NCBI GenBank assembly: GCA_049523355.1
Contig: JBEKMY010000009.1
Span: forward strand, 3,539 to 67,538
Reading direction: 5' to 3'
Source of the DNA: Smithella sp.
Lineage (GTDB): Bacteria; Desulfobacterota; Syntrophia; Syntrophales; Smithellaceae
Length of the DNA: 64,000 nt
This document shows, piece after piece, positions 26,399 through 35,763 of the stretch. Every line of letters starts with the position of its first letter. Within the stretch, counting starts at the first letter, position 1. The notes beneath the pieces are model-generated. The model searched no databases. It worked only from the letters and a program-made list of their open reading frames with translations, and was not told the DNA's origin. Made by a program: the position numbers and the translations under genes.

Positions 26399-27823
26399 AT
26401 GAAACAAAGTATTTACGTTTTGTATACAGTACTGTTTTTAGCGCTCATTGTGCCTTCTACATGCCGGGCTGCAGATAATTCAATGAATCTGGGTTCACTA
26501 CTGCCAATTTGGTCTATTCTTCCATTTGCCGGCATTTTGCTCTCTATAGCGTTGATTCCCCTATTTGCACCCCATTTTTGGGGTCATCATTTCAAGAAAA
26601 TTTTGGTATTTTGGGCTTTGGTTTTTGCCGTACCGTTTTTGTTTTTTTTCCGGGAAGTTGCCGTTCATGAAATAGTACATACTATAATCATAGATTACAT
26701 TCCCTTTATATTACTGCTTTGGGCGCTATTTACAGTTTCCGGAGGCATTTATATCAAAGGAACTTTTAAAGGATCGCCTGCCATCAATACTGTTATTCTG
26801 CTTACAGGAACCGTTCTGGCGTCCATTATCGGAACGACCGGCGCTTCTATGCTCTTAATCCGCCCGATATTGCGTTCCAACGCTTGGCGCATGCATAAAG
26901 TCCATACCATTGTCTTCTTTATTTTTCTGGTCAGCAACATCGGCGGCGCGCTCACGCCGCTGGGCGATCCGCCGCTGTTTCTGGGCTTTTTGCATGGCGT
27001 CCCTTTTTTCTGGACTATGCATATTTTGCCGGAAATGCTGTTTGCCAGCGTTTTGCTGCTGGCGATCTATTTTATTCTGGATTCCTATTATTTCAAAAAA
27101 GAAAACAAAACTGCCCAGACGGATGCTGAGTTTGAACCTTTAGGAATTGAAGGATCTTATAATTTTATTTTTCTGTCTGGCATTATTACCGCGGTATTAT
27201 TCAGCGGAATCATTAAATTGGGAGAGATTAATATTTTCGGCATTTATCAAACAATAGAGAACATCATTAAAGACTTCATCTTGATACTGATGGGCATATT
27301 ATCTCTTACTTTAACGCGGAAGGAGGTGCGCAGAAGCAACGATTTCAGTTGGGCGCCTATTCAGGAAGTGGCTTATCTTTTTGCCGGGATCTTTATTACA
27401 ATTATTCCGGCTCTGGCAATTCTGAAAGCAGGCGAGCATGGCGCGCTGGTATGGTTGATTAAATCAGTGAATACACCCGCTCATTATTTCTGGGTATCAG
27501 GTTCATTATCAAGCTTTCTGGATAATGCCCCAGCTTATTTGACTTTTTTCAATAGCATGCTGGGGAAATTCTATCCCGGAATGCCTGAGTCGCAGGCAGT
27601 AGCCCTTCTAATTGAAGAAAAGATTCCCTATCTGGCTGCTATATCGGCAGGGTCAGTATTTATGGGAGCCAATAGTTATATCGGTAATGCACCGAATTTC
27701 ATGATCAAATCTATAGCCGAAGAAGCCGGCGTTAAGATGCCCGGTTTCTTCGGATTCATATTTAAATATTCCATCCCCTTTTTAGTTGTTTTATTCATTA
27801 TAATTACTTTTATATTTTATTAG
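26399..27823 (+). CDS. ArsB/NhaD-superfamily ion transporter (annotated-type: sodium:proton antiporter)
   Basis: 474 aa, polytopic. The N-terminal LPIWSILPFAGILLSIALIPLFAPHFW pattern is typical of this family. Confidence 0.6.
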   Translation: MKQSIYVLYTVLFLALIVPSTCRAADNSMNLGSLLPIWSILPFAGILLSIALIPLFAPHFWGHHFKKILVFWALVFAVPFLFFFREVAVHEIVHTIIIDYIPFILLLWALFTVSGGIYIKGTFKGSPAINTVILLTGTVLASIIGTTGASMLLIRPILRSNAWRMHKVHTIVFFIFLVSNIGGALTPLGDPPLFLGFLHGVPFFWTMHILPEMLFASVLLLAIYFILDSYYFKKENKTAQTDAEFEPLGIEGSYNFIFLSGIITAVLFSGIIKLGEINIFGIYQTIENIIKDFILILMGILSLTLTRKEVRRSNDFSWAPIQEVAYLFAGIFITIIPALAILKAGEHGALVWLIKSVNTPAHYFWVSGSLSSFLDNAPAYLTFFNSMLGKFYPGMPESQAVALLIEEKIPYLAAISAGSVFMGANSYIGNAPNFMIKSIAEEAGVKMPGFFGFIFKYSIPFLVVLFIIITFIFY

Positions 27824-27984
27824 ATTAATATTCTTAATAATAATAAATGCTTACATAAAAAAAATCCCTTGAAGATACCCGGTAAAGCAGATATATGTTT
27901 CTTAGTTTGACCCTAATAAAAATTAGATTCTTCGTTATCATTCAGGATAATAAATCAATCTATAATTGATATGAGGAGTAAAAA

Positions 27985-28836
27985 ATGGTCGCAACACTGC
28001 GCAAGTCTCTAAAAACAATAGAGGATTACAAGGCAGCTAATCCTTATTATACCGAGCTTTTAGATATAATGGCAGACATATTGATTTTGCGGGAAGAATA
28101 CCACATCAACATGAAAGATGGAATCTTTCATGTTGACGAAAACTTAATCACACAAAAAATGGAAGGGGGACTTCCTTTAATTGATTTTGCGGGAAAGAAA
28201 TATGATTTAACGCGTCCCAAAGAATATTTTAATTCTCTAATTTCCATTGCTGAAAGAAGGATGCCCGAAGTGGCGCAAAATATCATTGATATAATTAAAA
28301 GTCCTCAATTTGATTGGGAAAAAATTATTCGTGCTTCTTTTGACCATAAGATTGAAGTAACTGATGCTCAAGGATTGTCGGCAGGTCATGAAGCTGAAGA
28401 AAATATTGACCTGATTGATCTTTTTACTGAAGAAAGCTTAAGGCCGGAGCTGGAAAGTGTTGCCCAAAAATACGGGGAAATAGTAGAGAAATCGGGGTGG
28501 TCGGAAGGATATTGCCCCATTTGCGGCAAAGAACCGAAGATTGGCGAAATCAGGAATGAGGAAGAAGGGAAACGATATCTTTTTTGTCATCAGTGCGGTT
28601 TTAAATGGTATTTTCACCGGATCAAATGTCCATTCTGTGGAAATGAGGAACAGCATTCCCTGGCTTATTTTGAAGTGGAAGGTGAGGAACGTTATCGGGT
28701 AGATGTCTGTAATAAATGCCGGCGCTACATCAAAACTGTTGAATTGCCAAAATCAAGTGAAGAACCAAATCTCGACGTTGAAGATATTGCAACTTTGCAC
28801 CTGGATATGATTGCTTGCGATGAAGGATATAACTAG
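27985..28836 (+). CDS. fdhE: formate dehydrogenase accessory protein FdhE
   Basis: Four CxxC pairs (CPICG, CHQCG, CPFCG, CNKCRRYIK) at FdhE spacing. Confidence 0.8.
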   Translation: MVATLRKSLKTIEDYKAANPYYTELLDIMADILILREEYHINMKDGIFHVDENLITQKMEGGLPLIDFAGKKYDLTRPKEYFNSLISIAERRMPEVAQNIIDIIKSPQFDWEKIIRASFDHKIEVTDAQGLSAGHEAEENIDLIDLFTEESLRPELESVAQKYGEIVEKSGWSEGYCPICGKEPKIGEIRNEEEGKRYLFCHQCGFKWYFHRIKCPFCGNEEQHSLAYFEVEGEERYRVDVCNKCRRYIKTVELPKSSEEPNLDVEDIATLHLDMIACDEGYN

Positions 28837-28872
28837 GATTTTACACACATTGTCCTTTTAATTATATTTAGT

Positions 28873-28917
28873 AAAACCCGTCGCCCTTGCTTTGCAAGTG
28901 AGGCGGGTTTTATTTTA
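28873..28917 (+). terminator. candidate intrinsic terminator after fdhE
   Basis: aaacccg...cgggttt stem with inner ttgc/gcaa pairing, followed by tatttta. Confidence 0.5.
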
Positions 28918-29107
28918 AACGGTTGTTATGAAACCTTTGGCCGTCTTGCCTTGACATTCTGTTTTTGGGAAATCTTAATATCCAAAACGCCTTTTTAAAA
29001 AGCCCGCATCCGCCTTGCCTGATTTTATTTTCGCTTTCAAAGGAATTACCCTGTCGAAGAAATCAAATATCTATTTAATAAAGATAAGAAAATTCGTCTT
29101 TACGCCC

Positions 29108-29136
29108 TTGACAGAAGATGTACCCGTAAATATATT
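29108..29136 (+). promoter_or_regulatory. consensus-like sigma70 promoter upstream of the SIS-grpE-dnaK genes
   Basis: TTGACA (29108-29113), 17 nt, TATATT (29131-29136), about 50 nt before the ATG at 29186. Confidence 0.55.
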
Positions 29137-29185
29137 AATTCCGCTTCGCCCGATATAATTTAAAAAGGACTCCGGGAAGATAAGT

Positions 29186-29770
29186 ATGGAAGATCACATA
29201 ATAAAAACATTTAAGGAAAGCAGCCGCGTAAAAGATGCATTTGTTAATGAAAATCTGACTAAGCTGGTCAATGTTATTGAGGCACTGACAGCCGCCCTTA
29301 AAGTGGGCAATAAGATTTTGCTTTTTGGCAATGGCGGTTCGGCTGCTGATGCGCAACATATTGCCGCGGAATTTGTCAACCGTTTTGTAATAGAACGGCC
29401 ACCACTACCGGCCATAGCATTAACTACCGATACTTCCATTATTACGAGTATTGGTAATGACTATGATTTTTCTGAAATATTCAGCAAGCAAATAAGAGCT
29501 ATAGGTCAGCCCGGAGATATTGCCTGGGGCATCAGCACTAGCGGCAATTCCGTCAATGTTTTGAAAGGTCTGGAAATGGCCAAAAAGATGGGACTGGTAA
29601 CCGTTGCCTTTACCGGTAAGGATGGAGGAGATATTGCAAAAATTGTTGATTTTTCTATTCATGTATCTTCCTCCAGCACGGCGCGTATTCAAGAAACGCA
29701 TATAACAGCGGGTCATGCTATTTGTGAATTAGTGGATATAAAATTATTCCAAAAACCTGATTTAAAATAA
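29186..29770 (+). CDS. gmhA: SIS-domain protein: phosphoheptose isomerase GmhA / DiaA-like
   Basis: GNGGSAADAQH, ISTSGNS motifs, 194 aa. Confidence 0.7.
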   Translation: MEDHIIKTFKESSRVKDAFVNENLTKLVNVIEALTAALKVGNKILLFGNGGSAADAQHIAAEFVNRFVIERPPLPAIALTTDTSIITSIGNDYDFSEIFSKQIRAIGQPGDIAWGISTSGNSVNVLKGLEMAKKMGLVTVAFTGKDGGDIAKIVDFSIHVSSSSTARIQETHITAGHAICELVDIKLFQKPDLK

Positions 29771-29794
29771 CAATAACTTTTTTCAGAGGTCGTA

Positions 29795-30391
29795 GTGAAA
29801 ATAAAAAAAGAACATCCTGATAAACATGATCAATCCGGAGAAAAACAGACCGAAAAAATCATCGCGGAAGACCATAGTCAGGAAAATGAGGATTTAAAGA
29901 AAAAGTTGGAAGAAAAGGAAAAAGAAGCTGCGGAAAATTACGATAAGTATTTGCGTGCTGTTGCCGAACTGGATAATTACAGAAAGAGGGCTGCCAGAGA
30001 AAAAACCGATATAATCAAGTATGGCAAGGAAGATATCATCAAAGATATTCTGCCTTTTATGGACAGTTTGGACAGAGCCCTCAAGCACGATACCGGTGAT
30101 ATTCAGGCATTTAAAGACGGCATCACCCTGATTCAGGAACAGCTTTTGTGTTGTTTGAAAAAACACGGCGTGGAAATGATTAACGCGGCTGGCTCAACTT
30201 TTGATCCGAATTTCCATGAAGCGTTAATGCAGATGGAAAGCGACCAGCATGAAGACAACAAAGTCATCAGCGAAATGGAAAAAGGCTATTTGCTAAACGG
30301 CCGGCTTTTAAGGCCATCGAGAGTCTGTGTATGTAAGAAGACAAATAAAGAAAATGACGTATTTGAAAATATCGAGGATATAGGAGAATAA
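29795..30391 (+). CDS. grpE: nucleotide exchange factor GrpE
   Basis: AELDNYRKR and the C-terminal [14 protein letters not shown] pattern. GTG start. Confidence 0.9.
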   Translation: MKIKKEHPDKHDQSGEKQTEKIIAEDHSQENEDLKKKLEEKEKEAAENYDKYLRAVAELDNYRKRAAREKTDIIKYGKEDIIKDILPFMDSLDRALKHDTGDIQAFKDGITLIQEQLLCCLKKHGVEMINAAGSTFDPNFHEALMQMESDQHEDNKVISEMEKGYLLNGRLLRPSRVCVCKKTNKENDVFENIEDIGE

Positions 30392-30402
30392 GGAGGAAAG
30401 AT

Positions 30403-32328
30403 ATGGGAAAAATTATTGGAATTGATTTAGGAACGACAAATTCGTGCGTAGCCATAATGGAAGGCGGAGATCCCGTTGTTATCGCCAATCAGGAAGGAAA
30501 CCGTACCACGCCATCAATTGTCGCCATTGCGGAGAACGGTGAGCGCCTTGTAGGTCAGGTTGCCAAAAGACAGGCGATTACCAATTCGGAAAATACTGTT
30601 TACGCCGTTAAAAGATTGATCGGCAGAAAATACAGTTCCAAGGAAATTCAGTACGACGTGAAGATAACCGCCTACAAGATTACTGAAGCATCCAATGGCG
30701 ATGCCCAGGTAACCGTTCGGGGGAAAAATTATTCTCCCGCTGAAATATCGGCTATGATTCTGACAAAAATGAAACAAACTGCCGAAGATTATCTGGGAGA
30801 AAAAGTGACGGACGCCGTCATTACCGTACCGGCCTATTTTAACGATTCACAGCGACAGGCGACCAAAGATGCCGGCAAGATTTCCGGTCTGAATGTTTTG
30901 CGTATTATAAATGAACCTACCGCAGCCGCTCTGGCTTACGGTCTTGACAAGAAGAAAGATGAAAAAATTGCCGTCTTTGACCTGGGCGGCGGAACTTTTG
31001 ATATTTCGATCCTGGAGCTGGGAGATGGCGTATTTGAAGTCAAATCCACCAATGGCGATACCCATCTGGGCGGGGAGGATTTCGATCAGCGCGTCATGGA
31101 TTATCTGGTTGCCGAATTCAAAAAAGATCAGGGCATAGACCTGCGCAGCGACAAGATGGCACTGCAACGATTGAAAGAAGCGGCGGAAAAAGCGAAAATG
31201 GAGCTCTCGACAACAATGGAAACAGATATCAATCTGCCTTTCGTTACCGCTGATGCCTCCGGCCCCAAGCATATGAACATCAAGCTGACACGTGCCAAAC
31301 TGGAATCTCTCGTTGAAGAGCTAATCAATAAAGTGGTCGGCCCGTGTCAGACAGCAATTAAAGATGCCAATTTATCAACGAAGGATATTGACGAAGTCAT
31401 TCTGGTTGGCGGTATGACGAGAATGCCGCGAGTGCAGCAAAAAGTGAAGGAAATTTTTGGCAGAGAACCGCACAAGGGCGTGAATCCGGACGAAGTAGTT
31501 GCAGTAGGCGCGGCTATTCAGGGCGGCGTTCTGGCGGGTGAGGTCAAAGATGTTCTGCTTCTGGATGTTACGCCTCTGTCTCTGGGTATTGAAACTTTGG
31601 GCGGCGTGATGACAAGGCTTATCGAAAAAAACACTACTATTCCCTGCAAGAAAAGCCAGATTTTCTCGACGGCGGCCGATAATCAGCCGGCGGTGAGCAT
31701 CCACGTTCTGCAGGGTGAACGTCAGATGGCACCTGATAACAGAACGCTGGGTCGTTTTGAACTGGTGGGCATTCCGCCCGCTCCGCGAGGCGTGCCACAG
31801 ATCGAAGTTTCTTTTGATATTGACGCCAACGGCATCGTGCACGTCAACGCCAAAGACCTGGGTACCGGTAAAGAACAAAGCATCAAAATTACCGCCTCCA
31901 GCGGCCTGTCTGAAGCGGAAATTGAAAAACTTGTCCGTGACGCGGAAGCGCACGCTGAAGAAGACAAGCGTCGCAAGGAACTCATCGAAACCAGAAATCA
32001 GGCCGATTCTCTGGTATATTCCGTTGAAAAGAATGTCAGGGAATTCGGCGACAAGGTAGATGCAGCTGAGAAAACAAAAATTGAAGAAGCAATAGCTAAA
32101 GCGAAAAAGGCTCTTGAAGGTGACGATATTGATGCCATCAAAAAGGCTCAGGATGATCTTATGAATGTTTCACATAAGCTGGCAGAAGCCATGTACGCCA
32201 AAACAGCAGGCAGTCAAGGCGGACCGGGGGCGGATGCCGGAGCGCAACAACAGGCAGGCAATCAACAACAGGCATCAGGCAAAAAAAATGACGATGTGGT
32301 TGATGCCGACTTTGAAGATGTAAAATAA
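30403..32328 (+). CDS. dnaK: molecular chaperone DnaK (Hsp70)
   Basis: [29 protein letters not shown] signatures. 641 aa. Confidence 0.98.
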   Translation: MGKIIGIDLGTTNSCVAIMEGGDPVVIANQEGNRTTPSIVAIAENGERLVGQVAKRQAITNSENTVYAVKRLIGRKYSSKEIQYDVKITAYKITEASNGDAQVTVRGKNYSPAEISAMILTKMKQTAEDYLGEKVTDAVITVPAYFNDSQRQATKDAGKISGLNVLRIINEPTAAALAYGLDKKKDEKIAVFDLGGGTFDISILELGDGVFEVKSTNGDTHLGGEDFDQRVMDYLVAEFKKDQGIDLRSDKMALQRLKEAAEKAKMELSTTMETDINLPFVTADASGPKHMNIKLTRAKLESLVEELINKVVGPCQTAIKDANLSTKDIDEVILVGGMTRMPRVQQKVKEIFGREPHKGVNPDEVVAVGAAIQGGVLAGEVKDVLLLDVTPLSLGIETLGGVMTRLIEKNTTIPCKKSQIFSTAADNQPAVSIHVLQGERQMAPDNRTLGRFELVGIPPAPRGVPQIEVSFDIDANGIVHVNAKDLGTGKEQSIKITASSGLSEAEIEKLVRDAEAHAEEDKRRKELIETRNQADSLVYSVEKNVREFGDKVDAAEKTKIEEAIAKAKKALEGDDIDAIKKAQDDLMNVSHKLAEAMYAKTAGSQGGPGADAGAQQQAGNQQQASGKKNDDVVDADFEDVK

Positions 32329-32352
32329 TATAAGTAAAAGGATTGTTGTCAG

Positions 32353-32388
32353 TGCCCGGAATGGCGAAAGCTATTCCGGGCATTTTTA
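32353..32388 (+). terminator. rho-independent terminator of dnaK
   Basis: tgcccggaat-N10-attccgggca followed by TTTTT. The T-tract is the transposon target site. Confidence 0.85.
32381..32388. repeat. target-site duplication, left copy (CATTTTTA)
   Basis: Identical 8-mer at 35764-35771, immediately outside the two inverted repeats. Confidence 0.85.
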
Positions 32389-32412
32389 GGCAATTGTATA
32401 GTTCACAAACCC
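32389..32412 (+). repeat. left terminal inverted repeat (IRL)
   Basis: ggcaattgtatagttcacaaaccc versus the reverse complement of 35740-35763, ggcaattatatacttgacaaaccc. Confidence 0.85.
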
Positions 32413-32546
32413 AACTATTTATTGGAGGTAATAAAACTAGATGTATAAACACACTCGAAATTGCCCGATTTGTGGGTCACCGATTTATGAGACACAAATT
32501 TGGTCTGGCAAATGCGCACCAACTCCATATTACACTTGTTCATGTA

Positions 32547-33191
32547 TTACGTTTGTATATCCATATCAGCAGAGCGAGTATAGGCTTGAGCTGGTTGTAA
32601 TGTTATACCAAAAGGTGGCATCCCATGCGGTAGATGAGGCATTATTTCACCAATTACCGACAAGTCAGCATCAATTGGAAATAGAGCAGATTTGATTTCA
32701 TGAACAAGACCATAATCTTTGGCGTCGGTTGGATTGAGAGTAATACGATTGTTCATATCGTCTTCAAGTTTATGTAGAGGTTTACCAGTTGTATCGGAAA
32801 TGATTCGCGCAATGTTCGTTTGGTCAATTTTAACAGACCTTAAGTGTTCCTCAAGTTGCTTTTCATCGAATGAAGCACTTCCATTAAAATTAAAACGAAC
32901 GCCATGAATCAGGAAGCGTGCATGAGGAACAGAGCAACGATGTTTGCCTGCACAGAAAAGGATAACACCGATGGAATCAACGCTACCAAAGTTATAGGTA
33001 TCGACTTCAATGGGTGCCCCTTTGAGAAAATTGTAAATAGAGATACCATGAAAAACAGAGCCACCCGGAGACGACAACATGAGATGAATCTTCTCGCACT
33101 TTGCAGCAATCTTCTGATCGATTATTTTGAAAAGTTGATCAGCTGTCTGTGGTACAACGGAAGCCATTAAACGGATGTATGCTTCTTTCAT
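32547..33191 (-). CDS. ClpP-fold (peptidase S14-like) serine protease homolog, transposon cargo
   Basis: IHLMLSSPGG (cf. InSPGG), Ser in GSVDSIG, His in FLIHGV, Asp in EDDMNNRITL..DAKDYGLVHEI. AAGGAG lies 7 nt before the ATG. The last ~48 aa extend beyond the fold and overlap a plus-strand ORF. Confidence 0.7.
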   Translation of the reverse strand: MKEAYIRLMASVVPQTADQLFKIIDQKIAAKCEKIHLMLSSPGGSVFHGISIYNFLKGAPIEVDTYNFGSVDSIGVILFCAGKHRCSVPHARFLIHGVRFNFNGSASFDEKQLEEHLRSVKIDQTNIARIISDTTGKPLHKLEDDMNNRITLNPTDAKDYGLVHEIKSALFPIDADLSVIGEIMPHLPHGMPPFGITLQPAQAYTRSADMDIQT

Positions 33192-33220
33192 TGTGATGTC
33201 TCCTTTTGGGGAAGAAAAAT

Positions 33221-33367
33221 ATTATTTTATCATTTTATTTTTTTTATTTTCAATTGGCGGTACAGATAAAATCTTTTTCATTATAGAATCAAAATCATCC
33301 GCTGAGATTTTTTTTACATCCTCTTTTTCAATAACTGTTTTTTTTGTTCTACCCTTTTTATTTTCAT
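33221..33367 (-). CDS. 48-aa lysine-rich peptide, translationally coupled to the PIN gene (not in ORF track)
   Basis: MKIKRVEQKKTVIEKEDVKKISADDFDSIMKKILSVPPIENKKNKMIK. Its ATG overlaps the PIN stop as ATGA (33364-33367). Confidence 0.45.
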
Positions 33368-33873
33368 AACGCATTAGATTGCTCCGAATCAAACAAAGGC
33401 CCTATGGGTATTGACGGTAAACATATTTTAAGCTTCTGTCCATCCTTTCGTTCTACTTTTTTATCTAAAGAGATTAAGTGATCTGTATCGAATGTGTGAA
33501 GCTCATCAACATTATAAATTGCAGCAGTGGCAAGATGAATTGCATCTTGTGGAACCTTAAGACCGTCTAATCTCCGAAGAAGCCTTCTAGCGTAAGTCCC
33601 TATTTCTCTAGTAACTTGAACTAATATCACAAACGGTTGACCCAAAAAATCTTCAAATATTTTATCTTTTTCTTCTGGAAGTTGTTTTGCCGCATTCTCA
33701 CACCGCAATTTAAACACTTCTGCCAATGTAAAAGTTGAGGTTAGAATTTCAACTTCTTTATTCTGAGCCAACTCAAAAAAATAGCGCAATGGTTTTAGCC
33801 TATCTTCGTTTTCTTCATTAATCAATTCTATCCAATTACATGAATCCCAATATACTCTTTTTATTTTAGTCAA
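33364..33873 (-). CDS. PIN-domain nuclease (VapC-like), transposon cargo
   Basis: Acidic residues in the expected order (YWDSC, TLAEV, QDAIHLATA, HTFDTD). The preferred TTG start at 33873 overlaps the upstream stop by 8 nt. The alternative ATG at 33948 would overlap by 83 nt. Confidence 0.7.
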   Translation of the reverse strand: MTKIKRVYWDSCNWIELINEENEDRLKPLRYFFELAQNKEVEILTSTFTLAEVFKLRCENAAKQLPEEKDKIFEDFLGQPFVILVQVTREIGTYARRLLRRLDGLKVPQDAIHLATAAIYNVDELHTFDTDHLISLDKKVERKDGQKLKICLPSIPIGPLFDSEQSNAL

Positions 33874-34720
33874 GATTGCCCTCACGAAGTTTTTTGAGAT
33901 ATTCAGAAGGACTAATGCCTTGGGTAAAACCACTATCACGAATTGCATCTATAGAAACATCTCTGGACACAATATGCTCTATTTGAGCATCAATAATTCT
34001 ACTAATTTTACCGGTTTTTTCATAAGAAACCATTCCACTAACAATTACCCTTATGTGTTCCCAAACATCGTTGAGGTGCATAGATTCAGATACGTTATTT
34101 CTAATTTCTTCTGGAACTCGACACCATATCTCATCTTGAGTTAACCTATCACGGATACGAAGCGCAGGATGATCATAATCCGAGCCAGCAGCAACTAAGT
34201 ATCCATCAATAGAGCCAAGTTCTTTATGGGATAAATCTTCCGAAAAAAGACGAGCTGGCTGTTTATGTATTTCGCTCATTGCAGAATCAGCTATTTGAGG
34301 AGTAATCTCAATGGGAACCGAGTCTATTTCAGTGTCCAAGATAATACGTGTTTTGCCGATTCCATTATTACTTCTTTTAAGAATTCTCTCGATAATTTTA
34401 CTGGCATGAGCAGAAGTCCATTCGTCAGGAGTGATACCTTTTAATATGGACTTAGTACCATATCTTAGTTTTTCTTTTTGTTTTTTAGCAAGCTCGTCAA
34501 TGTTTACGCTAGAATCAAAGCTAAAAGCTTCAGCGGTCACTGTAAAAGGACTTTTCATACTGACCGAAACAAGTTTCCAAATGATGTTTTGCGAATCTTG
34601 TTTCTCATCTATCGAGACGAGTTGAAAGTAATCTAGAACTTGCTCCATAGCATCCTGAAGAGTTAAAAAGTCAGGATGAGATTCTGGAGGTTCAATGACT
34701 ATCTGTATTTTTTCGGCCAT
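33866..34720 (-). CDS. 284-aa protein of unknown family, first cargo gene after the transposase
   Basis: Long ORF co-oriented with and 50 nt downstream of the transposase. No motif I can assign. C-terminal tail SPSEYLKKLREGNLD immediately precedes the PIN gene. Confidence 0.6.
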   Translation of the reverse strand: MAEKIQIVIEPPESHPDFLTLQDAMEQVLDYFQLVSIDEKQDSQNIIWKLVSVSMKSPFTVTAEAFSFDSSVNIDELAKKQKEKLRYGTKSILKGITPDEWTSAHASKIIERILKRSNNGIGKTRIILDTEIDSVPIEITPQIADSAMSEIHKQPARLFSEDLSHKELGSIDGYLVAAGSDYDHPALRIRDRLTQDEIWCRVPEEIRNNVSESMHLNDVWEHIRVIVSGMVSYEKTGKISRIIDAQIEHIVSRDVSIDAIRDSGFTQGISPSEYLKKLREGNLD

Positions 34721-34770
34721 GGTAATTTTCTGCGCCAGTACAAAAGCGCCTCCTTTTTTATGTTGCTTGT

Positions 34771-35700
34771 TTATTCCATTGATGAGTCCCGATATATAAG
34801 TCTTTTCCCTTCAATGCCACGAAGAGCCAATATACTTCGTTCATCGTCATCAATTTTTCTTTCGTTATATCTGAAATTAAACTCGGATAAATATCTGTGA
34901 AGATGTTGTTCGCCGACATGATGATATACTCCAGTAATGCCGCGTTTCAAAATACTGAAATAATTTTCAACCGTGTTTGTGTGGACATCGTTTCTGACGT
35001 ATTCACCTTTACCATGATTCACGACAGAGTGAAAGAAATTTTTATTTAATCCATTGTAAGACTTAAAATCATCTGTCATTATTTTAGCGGATTTCTTAAC
35101 ATTTTCACGAATTATATTTTTAAGATTTACGCCTGTAACTCTTTGAACCGGCATCGACTTTACGTTTCCGTCTCTTTCAACTAAAGCGAATACTGGAATC
35201 TTGCCAACACCCCCACGCCCAGCGCGTAATTTCTTATTGTTGTGTTTATTTTTTTCTTTTCCGCCAATGTAAGTTTCGTCAACCTCAACTATACCGCCCA
35301 ATTTTCCTTTTTTATCGTCCAGAGCGTAACGGATACGATGATTCATAAACCAAGCTGTTTTATAGGTAACTTTCAGCATTCTATGAAGCTGATGAGAACT
35401 CATTCCCTTTTTGGAAGAACAAATCAGGAAGGTGGCAAGAAGCCATTTATTGAGCGGAACATGACTATCTGCAAAAACTGTCCCGACTGTTACAGAAAAT
35501 TGTTTCCGGCAACTCTTACACTTCCACACACCCTCACGTACAGGCTTTTTGGAATCTTCCTTGCCTTGTATTGGATAGTGCTTTTCAGTACTGCCACAAT
35601 GAGGGCAAACCGCGCCATTAGGCCATCTTACACTTTCTAAGTATTGTCTGGCTTTATTTTTATCTGTGAAGTATGGTGTATCAAATCCTATGTTTTCCAT
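34771..35700 (-). CDS. IS1595-family transposase (N-terminal zinc ribbon + ISXO2-like DDE domain)
   Basis: CPHCGS...CKSCRKQFSVTVGTVF, VEVDETYIGG, IMTDDFKSY, HTNTVENYFSILKR motifs. 309 aa with no frameshifts. Confidence 0.85.
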   Translation of the reverse strand: MENIGFDTPYFTDKNKARQYLESVRWPNGAVCPHCGSTEKHYPIQGKEDSKKPVREGVWKCKSCRKQFSVTVGTVFADSHVPLNKWLLATFLICSSKKGMSSHQLHRMLKVTYKTAWFMNHRIRYALDDKKGKLGGIVEVDETYIGGKEKNKHNNKKLRAGRGGVGKIPVFALVERDGNVKSMPVQRVTGVNLKNIIRENVKKSAKIMTDDFKSYNGLNKNFFHSVVNHGKGEYVRNDVHTNTVENYFSILKRGITGVYHHVGEQHLHRYLSEFNFRYNERKIDDDERSILALRGIEGKRLIYRDSSME

Positions 35701-35721
35701 AATGTTCCTCCATTTGATTTT

Positions 35722-35750
35722 AATATAACAACTTCAAATGGGTTTGTCAA
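35722..35750 (-). promoter_or_regulatory. inward-facing sigma70-like promoter partly inside IRR
   Basis: On the minus strand: TTGACA (35750-35745), 17 nt, TATATT (35727-35722), then GGAGG 7 nt before the transposase ATG. Confidence 0.6.
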
Positions 35751-35763
35751 GTATATAATTGCC
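35740..35763 (-). repeat. right terminal inverted repeat (IRR)
   Basis: See IRL. 21/24 match. Confidence 0.85.

Larger units (their letters stand above)
32389..35763 (-). mobile_element. IS1595-family transposon carrying four passenger genes (3375 bp)
   Basis: 24-bp terminal inverted repeats (21/24 identical) beginning GG, a perfect 8-bp direct repeat outside them, and an intact IS1595-type transposase at one end. Confidence 0.85.

Noticed and set aside
28837-29185. CIRCE / sigma-32 heat-shock control elements upstream of grpE-dnaK
   Set aside because: No TTAGCACTC-N9-GAGTGCTAA-like inverted repeat was seen. The CCCTTGA...CCCGTAAAT resemblance to sigma-32 boxes has too short a spacer, and the same bases fit a sigma-70 TTGACA-17-TATATT better.
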